From Marsupella aquatica (Eukaryota; Plantae; Marchantiophyta): DNA of 64,000 nucleotides. The stretch spans positions 8,970,283 through 9,034,282 of the forward strand of contig OZ316892.1 of the NCBI GenBank assembly GCA_973895155.1, given 5' to 3'. Of the stretch, positions 25,685 to 39,066 are shown piece by piece; positions within the stretch are counted from its first letter, which is position 1; every line of letters starts with the position of its first letter. The position numbers and the translations under genes were made by a program. The notes beneath the pieces were generated by a model. It made no database searches, was not told the DNA's origin, and saw only the letters and a list, made by a program, of their open reading frames with translations.

Positions 25685-25708
25685 GGGGGGGAGGGGAGGG
25701 GAGGGGGG
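25685..25708 (+). promoter_or_regulatory. G-quadruplex-forming motif in the UPF1 leader region
   Basis: G7-A-G4-A-G4-A-G6, about 220 nt upstream of the ATG. Confidence 0.6.
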
Positions 25709-25925
25709 ACGAGGGAGAAGAGGAAAAAGAGTAAGAAGAGGGGCGAGCTCTCGGCTTTCGAGGCTGGAGACTCGACGACGCCATAGCCAGGCGAAGGGAA
25801 GCAGAGGTAGTTGAAGAAGAGGGAGAAAGGTCGAGGAGAAACAGTTGACGGATGGATAGATAGAAAGAAAAGGGGGAGGAGGGGAGGAGAGCACGACGGG
25901 GCGGAGCGAGGAGTGGGGAACGACG

Positions 25926-28900
25926 ATGGCGACGCAGGCTGTAGTAGCGCATAATTTGTATGAGGCAGCAACGCAGGCGCACGGAGACGCGTACACGTTT
26001 TTGGAGTTCAATACACAGGGGGACGATTTTGATTATCCGGAGTTCACAGAGCTTAGTCAGCCTACGGCGAGGCCGGGAGTATGGACGTCGGACGGGTCGG
26101 TTTTGTCGTTGGCAGATGGGAACTCGGTGGTAGACCTCGGGGGAGTAGGGCAGAGTGAACTTATCAAGTCGGTGGTGGGAGAGGCAGTCGGAGGGTCGGA
26201 GTCGAAGGCGAGTAGCCAGACCACTGTCGCGGGCCTTACGTCGGGAATAGGGGACTTGAGTTTTGATGATCCGGCGGACGACGACATTCACGATTTTTCG
26301 AAGAGGGATCTCCCGGAGCATGCTTGTAAATACTGTGGAATTCATAATCCGGCGTGCATAGTTCGTTGCAACGTTCCCTCGTGCAAGAAGTGGTTTTGTA
26401 ATTCCAGGGGCAATACATCGGGCTCGCATATTGTAAACCATTTGGTACGCATTTTCGTAGTACCCTGAAAGCACTGCTGTTCACTTCCGCTGGATATCGT
26501 TAATCTCCAGGATGTCGATGTCGTTGCCCGTTTTCGGTTGTTTAGGGTTTAAGATTTGTCAATCCGACATATTTCTGTTGTTATTTTAAGTGACCCTGCC
26601 TTTGGCGATATCACAATCCTCACAGAGCCACTTCAAAATTTGAAAGGCTACGCCACGCGACGCCATTAATTGTAGCTTCATGTACATCCTCACGGGAGCT
26701 TCACCTTCATTGGCCTTGGTTTAAAAGAACGCCCGTTTATGCGAGCTGTGGTTGCCGAATGGACATAATGCCGTTTACTTAATGAACTCATCTTAGGGGA
26801 ATTTTTATATATTATTTCGATTGCATTCTTTTGTGCACTGTCCCTTGAAGAGTCATCTGTATTTAGGAACATAGATGTCTACGTGCCCTTCAAAGGGGCC
26901 CGCAAATGTACAATGGAGCTCAAATTCCTCTCACTCTTCAGGCATTATGGTTGTACTCTCAGTAGGAATGGACTCTCTTAGGGTTAATTTGGACTTTAGC
27001 CCAGGACGGTACTAGTTTGGGCAGAAGTCTTGTGTAGTACATGCGAGTTCATTGCTGGAGTGTTACCCTGGGCAGTGGAAAGTTTCTTGGTCAACATAGA
27101 CGAACACGTTTTGAAGTGGTCACTCTATGGTGTGGTGATTTCGAGCATTTCTATAATTTGGTAACTTCCTCGTCGCGTTCTGTAGTCGCTCAACCTTTCA
27201 TTTTCTGCGCAGGTCCGTGCCAAACACAAGGAAGTTTGCCTGCACAAGGATAGTCCTCTCGGAGAAACTATATTAGAGTGTTATAATTGCGGGTGCCGCA
27301 ATGTCTTCTTGTTAGGGTTTATTCCAGCGAAATCAGAAAGTGTTGTGGTGCTGTTATGCCGTGAACCATGCTTAAGCGTAAATGGATTGAAGGATATGAA
27401 TTGGGATTTAAGTTCATGGTTACCCCTTATCGACGACCGATGCTTCTTAGAATGGTTAGTCAAGGTAAGTAATTGGCATAAGTGCTCCTATGCTATTCAG
27501 TTTTGTTGAAGTCTAAAGCGGAGTTTAGGTTTTCCCTGTCTTTTGGCAATACGAGGTTGTCGGCTTCAAGATGGGCATTTCAGATCATGGTCCGTTGTTG
27601 GTTTTCGTATATTTAGGTAGTTGTGAGTGAGATGGACGTCAGATTGTAGCAGGATGGTATTCAGTAAATTAGATTTTAGTAACAAGATTGGTTGACGGAC
27701 ACAACTTGGAAAATTTTATCACGTGTTGCTCTTCTTAGATGCTTGTGAACTACTATTTCCCGTGGATAGGGACGTGAACCGTTGAAACTCTCTGACGCAA
27801 GTTTTTGCTCAGGTTCCGTCAGAGCAAGAGCAGTTAAGGGCTCGCCAAATCAGTGCTCAGCAAATAAACAAAGTGGAAGAACTTTGGAAGACTAGTCCAG
27901 ACGCCACTTTAGAGGATTTGGAGAAGCCTGGTGTTGATGATGAACCGCAACCTGTGGCCCTTAGGTACGAGGATGCATATCAGGTAATACGGCTGCTTTT
28001 TATCCCTTCTACAGAATGCATGGGTTCCTGATGAGACTTTGGTTGGATTGCTCCCTCGATGTTCTTGCGAGTAAAGTGTGCGTTTATCTAGGTCTTCCCA
28101 ATGCTTGGGAGGACTTTGTTTTTCCCGGGACGATATTTGAATTGGGACAGTTTGAAGTAGTTGTGCTGATGCATCTAACAATGTGATCGCCCGTTTCGCA
28201 GTATCAAAACGTTTTTGCACCACTTGTGAAGCTGGAGGCTGATTACGATAAGGTGGAGTTTGTCTCATTGACCTTATATTTTATTCAGAGAAGTGCTATA
28301 ATTTATGCACCCTGCGCTAAGTATGTCATCAGTAATTGGCTGCACGAAACTGTGAATAGTTTGCGTGGTAAATTACGTCCATTAACATATTGATTCCTGG
28401 AGGTTTGGAATGTAAGCAAACCTGGTTAGGTTATAACTAATGCTTGAAGGGATACTTAGATCGTTCAATCAACGGTTAATTGGAGTGAGAAGAAGGCCTT
28501 TGAAAGGCCTTATCTTCAATAAGCCTGGTAGTTGTTGGGTAATTGCTGTTGTAACATCTCGGTTGACCACTTTCTGTCTGCAGATGATGAAAGAGTCTCA
28601 GAGCAAAGATGGAATAACTGTCCGCTGGGACGTTGGTCTTAACAAGAAACGAGTGGCATACTTCGTTTTCCCAAAGGTATGTGTGCAACTGATGGAATTT
28701 GTGTTGAACACGACCTTTTCAGCCTCTGTTCAGTAGTTGACTATCTATTGCCACCAATTTTGAATGAATTGGGTTGAATCAAGCAACTCTTCTATCTATT
28801 CATAGGTCTTAGCTTTACTCTTTTAGAAGCAGTAGACCTTGTGGATGCCTTGGGTATATGCCTTTGAGACTAATGTAAAGCATCATGTCGCAGATTTGTG

Positions 28901-31900
28901 TTCAGTATTTTAGAATAATGTTAATCTGATCCTTCTTGTGACTTGCTGTATTTGGATTTTCCTTTATATCAAGATTCCTAAATGGAATTTCTCAATCACA
29001 TTCTGTTCTCTTGGATGCGCAGGAGGATAATGAACTTCGTTTGGTCCCCGGTGATGAGCTGAGGTTGCGCTACCCTGGGGATTCGACACACTCTGCTTGG
29101 CAGTCTGTCGGCCATGTGGTACTAGCTTCTTTCTTCGTCTGCCCTTCTCTTTCTAACCTTAGCAAAATGGCTAAATCAGATGTTTACAGCGAATACCGTA
29201 AACAATTACACTGGCGCAATAGCTCCAAAATTTCGTTTGGCTTCAGTTCCTCACAGATATTCGCGGGTTGCAATTTTACAGATAAAGTTGACTGCACAGG
29301 AAGAGGTTGCCCTTGAGCTACGAGCCAGTCAGGTCAGTGTGCAATTGTGTAGTATGCGAAGGAACATTTCTTGGTCAATGTCAGCATGGTTCGTAGTTTT
29401 TGGTGTGCATCTGGCTATTTTGACCATCCGTGTACTAAACTGCCCTTGCTTCTGATTGGGTCTCTTAGCGTAGTAGATGTGCCTCAAGCATGCCGCTTGA
29501 GTCTTCATGATCCGTGATAGCTTTGCTCATGGCGCACTTCCTCCATTGCAGGGTGTCCCCATCGATGTAAATCATAACTTCAGTGTAGACTTCGTCTGGA
29601 AAAGCACAAGCTTTGACAGGATGCAGGCCTCCATGAAGACATTTGCTGTTGATGAAACCAGTGTCAGTGGGTGAGTATTCCTAACTGCATAATCGTAGTT
29701 ATAAAACTAATCCATCGTCCATTTAGGGATTGGCTTGGAACAAGGTGGCCAGTTGTTGGGTTGCATGCAGCTAGTTTTCCCTATGGAAGATAGAGTTTCC
29801 TGATTCTTTCCTAGTTCTGGGTTTGATGTTTGAAGAACGTTGTCGAGATTTACTTTTGGTAGGAGGAACAGTTTTGAGTTGTACTTAGTAAAGCAAGAGC
29901 GTCGCACAGGAAACAGTTGCCGTTGTCCGTGTGCAAGGAATGCATATTCACGATCCTTCTTGATACCTCTGCTTGTTTGATCAGATACATCTATCATCGG
30001 CTTTTGGGACATGAAGTTGAGCAACAAACCGTCCGCAATACACTTCCTCGCCGATTTGGGGCTCCTGGTCTTCCTGAACTAAATGCCTCACAGGTATAAT
30101 CTGGCTCTAGCTAACGGGCCTTGCAAAATTCTAAAGTATCCATAATCAAACTTGGTGATGGTGATTGTCGTCCCTCTCGGTAGATCCCGGAGGAGCTTTA
30201 GCAGGTACGCTCTATATACGTGTATAGCATCTGTCCTGATGTGCGGTTATTGTTACTTTGTACAGGTCTACGCCGTTAAAAGTGTCTTGCAGAAGCCGGT
30301 CAGTTTGATCCAGGGCCCTCCAGGGACAGGAAAAACTGTGACATCCGCAGCAATTGTCTATCACTTGGCAAAGCAAGGTCAAGGCCAGGTAGATTAATTT
30401 GGCACCTCCCCTGGTGGTTCTTGTTGTTTTCTTTGGAATCCCATATTGTCATTTCAAGGAATCAACTATGTACCGCAGGAATCGGTAGTGTTTGTGAATG
30501 TTCTGATTTTCTCGAGAACCTCACATCAAATGCTTTACAGGTGTTGGTCTGTGCACCAAGTAATGTGGCCGTTGATCAACTCGCGGAGAAGATCAGTGCA
30601 ACTGGCTTGAAGGTAGGATAGGATTGTAATTCTACAACCTGGCTCTTGAATTCCTCCTTGCTTGCCTTTTGATTTTAATTAGTCCTAGATACCTTCGCCG
30701 ATATTCATTTTTGTTGTCTTCACAGGTTGTAAGATTGTGCGCCAAATCCAGGGAGGCAGTGACGTCTCCGGTGGAGCATCTCACTTTGCATTATCAGGTG
30801 GGGTGTGCGGACTCAGTTGTATCGTGATCTGCAATGCCAAGATTGTCCTGGTTTGGCTGTGGGAGGAGGAAATGGTTAAAATTTGATGCTGCTGTGATTG
30901 TATCTTGGAAAGTTTGTGGCATAGGTTCAGATCTGTTGGTTTACTGATCTCAGTCCTCAAGGAAGGACATGCATTAGCTGGTTATGTTCATGCCCAAGTA
31001 AGGCATTGACGGATGGTGTTTAGTGATCGTGACCCAAGTTCCTATTCCGACCTCAGGAGTGGACTATACCAAACACGGGAAAATAAGCAGATATGATATA
31101 TTTAATTTAAAGAGGACTGCTATTGATTGTGACTGTCATATACAGGGAGGTATCCTTATTGTTTCTGTATCTGTGATTTTGTAGGTGCGTCATCTGGATA
31201 CTAGCGACAAAAGTGAGCTCCACAAGTTACAACTGCTGAAAGACGAGCAGGGTAATAAGTTGGTCTTACTTTATGTTATTTCCTTTTCACGGGAACCTAG
31301 GAACTTGGATTATTTAAAACTTGGAGCACCTATTGTGTTACAATGGTTAAAGTGTTTTGTTGCAAGTGACTTAACAATATTTGTGATGGTTGGAACCGAC
31401 AGGGGAACTTTCAAGTGCTGATGAGAAAAAATATAAAGCCCTGAAACGCGCGACTGAGCGGGAAATTTCACAAAGTGCAGAAGTTGTCTGTTGTACATGT
31501 GTCGGAGCTGGTGACCCGCGCCTCTCCAATTTCAGGTTCCGTCAGGTTAGTACTTCTACTTGTCGAACGTGTTAAATGGAGTATCATTTCTGTCCGTAGC
31601 TAGTTGAGATCATGCATTAACTTATCTCAAGCCACTTTGTGTGCATGTCCCTTTGGTTCAGCCCGGACTTTGAAATCACTTATTTATCCATCTATCCATG
31701 GTCCTATTTGCTGGATTGGTCCTTATACTATTAGGGACGAATTATTGTTTCACACAGTTTTGGAACGTTCATGAGTAGGATAGTTTTCTAGCATTAAAAG
31801 CGAAATCAGAAATCTTGGTATTTCTGCCTTGCTCACCTAGTACTCATGTCTGGAAAGTATTGAATGAATCTTTTTGATGCAGGTACTGATAGATGAATCT

Positions 31901-34900
31901 ACGCAAGCTACTGAACCTGAATGTACGATTCCGCTAGTCCTTGGTTGCAAGCAGGTATGCGTTTCTTTGGAGCTGATATTTCTATCAAAGGGCACAGTTG
32001 TTGACCCTGCAAATTCTTTTGACGAATCTAATTACTGTATTTAAAGTTTTCATTCAATTTATCTTAAGATATTTGTCGTAACATTACAGAAAATGATTCT
32101 TCTTGTGACATGCGCTGTTAGGTTTACAACATTGGATGTAACCATGGTTTGGTTGATTGTGCTGTTTTGCAGGTTGTCTTAGTTGGTGATCACTGCCAAT
32201 TAGGGCCTGTCATTATGTGCAAGAAAGCAGCTCGAGCCGGCCTTTCGCAGTCACTTTTTGAGCGGCTAGTTTTACTTGGCGTTAAGCCCATTCGGCTACA
32301 GGTACAATACGGCCGTTTCTAGTGGACATTTTCCTCAATCCACCGAGTCTCGTTTTAGATTCGGTAATCCCGAGCAATCTTTCCCACCATATCTAAAATG
32401 CGACCGTGTCGAAAAATCCTGTGGTGATTGCAGGTGCAATATCGCATGCATCCGTGTCTTTCAGAGTTCCCTTCAAATAGCTTTTACGAAGGAACTCTGC
32501 AAAACGGTGTCACGATGAACCAGAGGCTGTCTCAAGGAATTGATTTCCCTTGGCCTGTACCGAATAGGCCTATGTTTTTCTACGTACAGGTGAGCCTTTC
32601 TCGCATCCATTATCGAACTAGGTTTCAAAAGTTAGTGAAGGGCTGGGCACAACGATTATCAAGGAGGGAATCTACCATCTGACATGCATTGTTCAAATTA
32701 AGCAGTACGTCAAGTCTACGCATCGCGAACTTCCCGCTCGATATGTTATCTTTCAACGATGTCTTAGGGTACCAGCAAGTTGAGTCACCTGTCTTTTCAC
32801 GGTCAGTAATTTGATGGAATGTGTGACGCAGATGGGACAAGAAGAAATCAGTGCAAGTGGTACATCCTATCTCAATCGTACTGAATCTGCCAATGTGGAG
32901 AAAATCGTGACCACATTCTTGAAGAGTGGAGTAAATCCAAGCCAGGTATTAACTGTTTATAAGTTAGGTATTTTTGGTAAACTATTTTATATTTATTTGG
33001 TGTTGACCTTTAATACTGTCACTTCAAGTCTGCTGATGTATTTGGTGGTGTTTCTTCATCGCAGATTGGAGTCATCACCCCATATGAAGGCCAGCGTGCG
33101 TACATTGTGAATCATATGGCAAGGAATGGTTCTCTCCGTCAGCAGCTGTACAAGGAGATCGAGGTATTTGTTCACTGTTTGCATCCTTAAATGTGTCACC
33201 CCTGAGGGAATATGAGGGATGGGAACGTCAATTTTTTGTGAGCTTTCAGCTCATTTGCTTTCTCCTCGAAAACTTTCCTCCTGTGCCCAAAGCTTGCTCT
33301 CTTGTTCCCCATTGACTTTTAACTTGTGTCTCTAATGGTGGTTGTGTTTTTATCACTGTTTTTTTCAGGTTGCTAGTGTGGATTCATTTCAGGGCCGAGA
33401 GAAGGATTTCATTATTCTTTCTTGTGTGAGGAGTAATGAACACCAGGTATCAAATGGATGTTACACTTCCTGCCCAGTTATATGAATGCAACAAGTCGTT
33501 CAGCTTGCTTGGTATTGGAAACTGTACCGTGGTCTAATCTTCACTGGAATTTTGGGCAGGGTATTGGATTTTTAAATGATCCTCGAAGGTTGAATGTTGC
33601 GCTGACAAGGGCCCGTTATGGAATCGTGATACTGGGAAATCCAAAAGTGCTGAGCAAACAACCTCTTTGGAACAGCTTACTAACTCATTACAAGGTATGC
33701 ACAGCTGAGCTGAATTGTCCGGGTCATGGTCTAAAGAGTCGTGAGTTATCCATATTACGAGAGAAGATATTCCACTGTGGATCTGTAGTTTTTCAGATAT
33801 CAGATTGCTGAAGATGAACTAAGAATGCAATCCTATTCCTTGCAGGAGCACGAGTGTCTCGTTGAAGGGGCTCTGAACAATTTGAAGCAGAGCATGGTGC
33901 AGTTCCAGAAACCTAAGAAGGTAAAGGAGTTTATGTTGCTTACTGAATATGATACATTTATGGCTGTTTGAGCCTAGGACTCTTGATTTGTAGTTTGCCT
34001 GGGTTGACCTTTTCTTTTATTTTCTTTGTTTTTTACTGGAAAATAGGTCTATTCGCTTGAAGTTCATCACATTGGCCTAACTTTTTCCTGGTAATCAGAT
34101 GTACAATGATCGTCGTGTTTATCCTGGAGGTGGTGGTCCTGCCAGCGGCCCTGGCGATGGTTTTGTACCGGTGCCAACTGCCAGTGCGGCATCTGGGACT
34201 GGGTTTCACGATCGTAGAAACGGCCGAGGGCGTGGGGTGGATAGTCGTGCTGGTAAGCCCGCAGTTTTGGGTGTATTTAAATCGAAGACGATGTTTTGAC
34301 AAATGTTGTGATCTCGCCGGGCATAAAAAATTATAGCGTGGGAACTGGCCTTTTCTAGTACTTCTGGTCTGTGAAGCTCACATACTTTTCATATCTTCAG
34401 GTACTGGTTACATGAACTTCGGTGCCATGACCAATGGGGTGCACAAAGCAGGTGTCCCTCATCATGGAGGCATGTCTCAGTCACGAATACCAATACCAGC
34501 TTTCCCAGGGGCACCCCACACTCAGCCATATGCCATCCCTTCCCGGGGAGGAGTTCATGGTCCAATTGGTGCGGTACCTCAGGGCCCTCAAGCTGGAAGC
34601 AGGGGATTTGGGACTGGTCGTGGAAGTGCTGGAGGACCTATTGGAGGACATTTGCCGCACCATCAAGCATCACAATCACATGGAAGCATCGGAGCCGGCT
34701 TTTCGTTTGGTGGAATTGATAATCCAGCCACACAACCGTCAGTTGGTGGGCCACTCTTGCAGCAGGGATTAATGACACAGGTATGGAGAGTACTTCAGTA
34801 ACGTTTCTTTTCAATGCATGTCGTCAGTTCCAATTGCATCCTACGATCACTGTGTCCTGCTAGATTTTTGAAAGGTGCTCGCAGATCTCTTGCCTGTCTT

Positions 34901-36265
34901 CATTACCAGCAATAGGTGAAACCCTTAACTTGAAGTACCGGGATTGGCAGACACAGTCTCAAAGCCTCAGTCAAAACCTTCGAGATGGATTTTCTCTTGG
35001 TGGCATGTCACAGGTACGTAAGCAATAATTAGGCACGCAACTGAATGTTGCTACTCCTATCGTGGTTCAATTTGCTTACTGGGGCCAATTTTTCTGTAGC
35101 TTAGACTGTTTTATCACTCTTGTAATTATGTTGACCCTCAGACTCTTAGAGAATTGGCATGTTGCGAATTCCGATTATTGAAATCGTATGTTGTTGGTGG
35201 AAACTCCTATGTGCAGGATTTTCTCGGTGATGATTTCAAGTCACAGGGTTCACATGTTGCTTACACTGGAGCGGAATTCTCCACTCAGGTCTTCAGTACA
35301 TCACATACTGCGGAATTTATTGTGAGCTAAGAAAAATTGTTCTAGCTGAAATCGCTTCTGTCCTTTGTTGTTTGGGGGTTTGTTTGTCGGATCTCGCTAC
35401 CAAGTTGTAAATCCATTCCTCACAAGTCATTGGGATGTCATTCCAGGCATCACAGGGTGCATATGGAGTTGAGTATGTCACTCAGGGAAGTCAAGGGGCC
35501 TATTCTTCAGACTTTATGAATCAGAACTCGCAAGGTGGATATCAACACGGTTCAACTGGGAATGACTTTATTTCGCAGGTATGATTATCTACATTGGTTG
35601 ATTTTCAGTTGTTTTCCCAGACCACGTGAAACGCATGAAGTTTAAGGTTCCTTCCAAAGAAATTCCTTTCTAGAATACCAGATTTATCTAAATATTGCCC
35701 TTGACTGCTACAGGATTTCATTGCACATGGTTCGCAAGGGCTCTTCACCCAAGTTGGGTTCAGTGATCGCACTCAGGATGGCCCATCCACTCAAACACAT
35801 TATGGACTTGGTGGTCCACTTCAGTCACAGGTGAGTTTTGCGATAGTTACAGCTTTGTTCTGCATTTACTCAAAAGATAGTATCCCTGCACTGTCCATGC
35901 TTGGCAATCTCCAGAGATATTTGAGCTGGAATTATGGTCTTATAGCTCGGTGTTGTGAAGGTTATGTTCCCCTACTGGATGGTGTTACGGAAATCTCTTC
36001 CTCTAGTTATGTTGGATGAAAATCACTTTTCATGTATTTCCTTCGTATCAGCTGACTTTCAGTTTTAAGGTGTTGCTCGGTTGAAACTCAATGGAAAATT
36101 CCTTGCTGCCAGTATACCCTTACCTGGCTGCTATTTTCAATTTTTCAGGGTATCATGGGGCCGTTGTATTCCCAGCCATTCACTCAGTACAGTCAGCCGC
36201 TGACTCAGCAGCAACAGCCTCAGCAGCAGAACTCACAACATCAGCGACGCCATTATAACGGCTAA
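25926..36265 (+). CDS. UPF1: UPF1 / regulator of nonsense transcripts 1 (SF1 RNA helicase, core NMD factor), 29 coding exons
   Basis: Exons: 25926-26444, 27213-27464, 27813-27983, 28202-28252, 28584-28676, 29023-29118, 29282-29332, 29552-29670, 29985-30093, 30266-30388, 30541-30612, 30726-30797, 31185-31251, 31403-31545, 31883-31954, 32173-32301, 32434-32589, 32832-32945, 33065-33163, 33369-33446, 33560-33694, 33846-33920, 34099-34252, 34401-34780, 34951-35013, 35217-35288, 35447-35578, 35714-35830, 36149-36265. CH domain: [41 protein letters not shown]. Helicase motifs: [57 protein letters not shown]. The S/Q-rich tail ends in HYNG. Confidence 0.98.
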
Positions 36266-38202
36266 TACCTGACAGTATGATTGACGTCTTTGGTGAAGAA
36301 TTTTGAGACTGAAAAATGGTATCCAGCTGTTTCTTGGAGCCTACAAGTGCATCGTACATCTTCGGCATGATCTCAGTGTACTGGTTGTGTGGGCCAAGAA
36401 GGAGATGAAAGTTCGAGTAGCATGAAGTTACTAAGTTTGGCCACTTGGAAGGTCGTCCACATAGAGCGTTGTGTGGCAGCTGATCCCAAGATTCTTACGG
36501 GCGACTAGGGCTGGCCGAGGAATCACTTGCATCAGTGCCCAGAATATCAGTGATGTCCCAAACAGGGACCTTTTATTTACAAAGGATGTGCTGCTCTTAT
36601 TGGAAGAGCACAGCTGGTGATCAAGAAGCTATTCAAGAAGGTGGCAATTTGTGTGTGTGACTTGCGAGCGATGGCAACCTGTGGTTGCTTGTGCTTGGAC
36701 AACAGCCTTTGTAAGCTTTGTACCCAGATCTCCAGGGCGCATAACCCTCTCTACTACGAAAGTCTTGCTCGAGTCTTCTTTCCGGACATCGGTCCTTGCC
36801 CTTACAAACTCCTCCTTGCACATTAGCGGGACATTGGTGCATGGAGTCGGAAGCCCATTGGAGACAATACTTCAGCTTTTGCAACAGCTTCCGCATGGAG
36901 AAGTTGAGCTTGATGTCCAGTTGCAAGTGCAAGTGCCCTTCGGGGTTTGATCTGGGAGCACATCTGTGGTTGCTCTTGTGACAGTTCATGCAACGGATGT
37001 TGATGAAGATCAAGAGGATGGGAAGCATTCAACTCTTGAAGAAGAGAGCATACTAGTAGGGAGATATAGCCTGGGGCAGCTCCCAGCGTATAATGTGATG
37101 GATCGCATGGGTGAAAGAGTTGCGAGGTTTTGTCAATGTCCATTTCTCCATGTGAGAAACACCTTCAGAGCGCACGGCTTGGTCAATTTGAAGGCCTCTG
37201 GCATAAGTTGCAAACGTGTTCTTTTATTCCCTTTCTTCCGGCAATGATAATCTGCTAGTCATTGTCGCACGTTCTTTTTCTTGTTTTTAAGTTACTTCAA
37301 ACTGTCATGACATCCTGAAACTTCCTTTCAAGGCCAGTTTTTCTGCCATGGCATCCTATGCAACTCCTAAGCGACATATCTGCAGTTCGGCAAACTTCAG
37401 GGAGGAGCCAAGCTCAGCAGAGATGGCTGGGGTGTTCTGATGGGCTTGCAATACATTGGCATTGATTAGGCTATAGATGTGAGAATGGAGGCGAAGTGTT
37501 TCATGATACTGTCAAGGACATCTAGACCCAGGAAGTGCTTACACCAAGTGCTATATTGTGGTTTATTTTCTGTTTTTATTTTCTGAGCAGCGAACAGACC
37601 TCCGAGGAGTGATCCTCACTACTATTGGCTTGATTCAGGATGCCATTTGGTTCTCTCCAGCTCCTGTTATGGACATGAAATTTCATGACGACAGGGAGTG
37701 TTTTGGAGGAGTAGCTGCGATACGTGTTAAATGCAGTGTTTAATAATCCTGTCATTTACTGATGATCTTGATGCACTGGAGTTTTGGGCTTATTAGGATT
37801 TAGAATGAGATTGAAGTCCGTAGTTATGATGAAGCATGTATCTGACCGTCAAGGGGTGAAAGTTCTGTTTGGTGTCTGATGTCATTCAAATCCTTTTTCT
37901 TTCAATCCATTACACCCACTTCCTTCAAATGCACTTCCGTAACAAGTCACAAGAGCTGGTAGCAGGAATGTGTACCCCGGCTCCTGAAAGGAATGTGCAC
38001 CGTCTAGCCTTCGTACTTCGGCTTCATCCATTCGTTGGTTTTTGGTTTTTATCATTGTTCTTGCGTTTTAGCTTCCAGACTGAGGAGCTTTGGTGGGATT
38101 TTCTAAGTTTGTATAAAATACTTACTTGTGACTGAAGGATTCGACTATCCTGCCAAGGTTCCCACTCATGGCCGGCGCTTTTCCACTATTTGTTACAGGC
38201 AA

Positions 38203-38264
38203 TAGTGATTTGGTATCTTGCATTATTGAGGCTAGTGATTTGGTATCTTGCATTATTGAGGCTA
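38203..38264. repeat. Perfect 30-bp tandem duplication
   Basis: tagtgatttggtatcttgcattattgaggc x2. Confidence 0.9.
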
Positions 38265-38814
38265 TCTTGGCAGGATCGTAGTCCTAGAAGAGGTTAAGTT
38301 TTTTCAGCCTCTAACAGACTTGGGATCTGAAATCTGGTTTTGACCAGATTTTCCCATCTCGATGGGATGTGGCAGCGGAATGACGGCCTTGCTCGAAGCT
38401 GTCGTGTGAAACGTTTACCTGTCTGGTCTCATCCCTTCCTTTAAAATAGGCCGAGTCAAAACGAATTCCATCATAATAAATTCATGGATCAAAACAACTC
38501 GATGGGTGTGGCCTCAGAAAGAATGTTTAAATCTAACATCGAGAAAAGGAGAGAGACTGAACACAGAAGAGTTCTGCTTCAGGCTTCATATCTTTCACGA
38601 ATCTGATTGGAATCAAAGCTAAAATAGGCTTCTTAGAATACTCGTTCCAGTCTGTCTTATAGGAAAGCAAAGACCAGCGGACGCAATGGTGTCCTGTTGT
38701 ACAAGATGCTCCCATGAATTGCCTTAATTCGCATGGACTACGTCCAAGCATTGAATCCACTCCAGCCCGGATCACAAAGTGATACAAAGTGAATCCACTC
38801 ACCAAGCTGACCTC

Positions 38815-39066
38815 AAATAGCTGGTTTCTTGTATATAGAACATTCTCCGAACACTGCCTTAATCCACTACAGGCCAAATAGATTTTCTAATTTTTAGAAG
38901 ATTTCCATCCTTCACTAAGACGAGACGTTCCATATAGCGGCTGATCGCAAATAGCTGGTTTCTTGTATTTAGGAACATTCGAGCAATAATACACTGAATG
39001 GGCTAAGAGATTGTCTAATTTCTAAAATATTTTCTATTCTTATTGAAAGCAGAGATGTTTCATATG
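38815..39066. repeat. Diverged ~133-bp tandem duplication
   Basis: aaatagctggtttcttgtat..agaacattc at ~38815 and ~38948, with co-linear downstream similarity. Confidence 0.7.

Noticed and set aside
25477-26474. Minus-strand ORFs of 146-282 aa over the UPF1 5' end
   Set aside because: Low-complexity products of the purine-rich leader and the antisense of exon 1.
34781-34950. Possible U12 intron in UPF1 (cccttaac near the acceptor)
   Set aside because: The donor is GTATGGAG, not the U12 consensus GTATCCTT.
13919-36265. Functional cluster linking the ADH poison isoform to neighbouring UPF1
   Set aside because: NMD acts in trans, so adjacency gives no mechanistic evidence; treated as coincidence.
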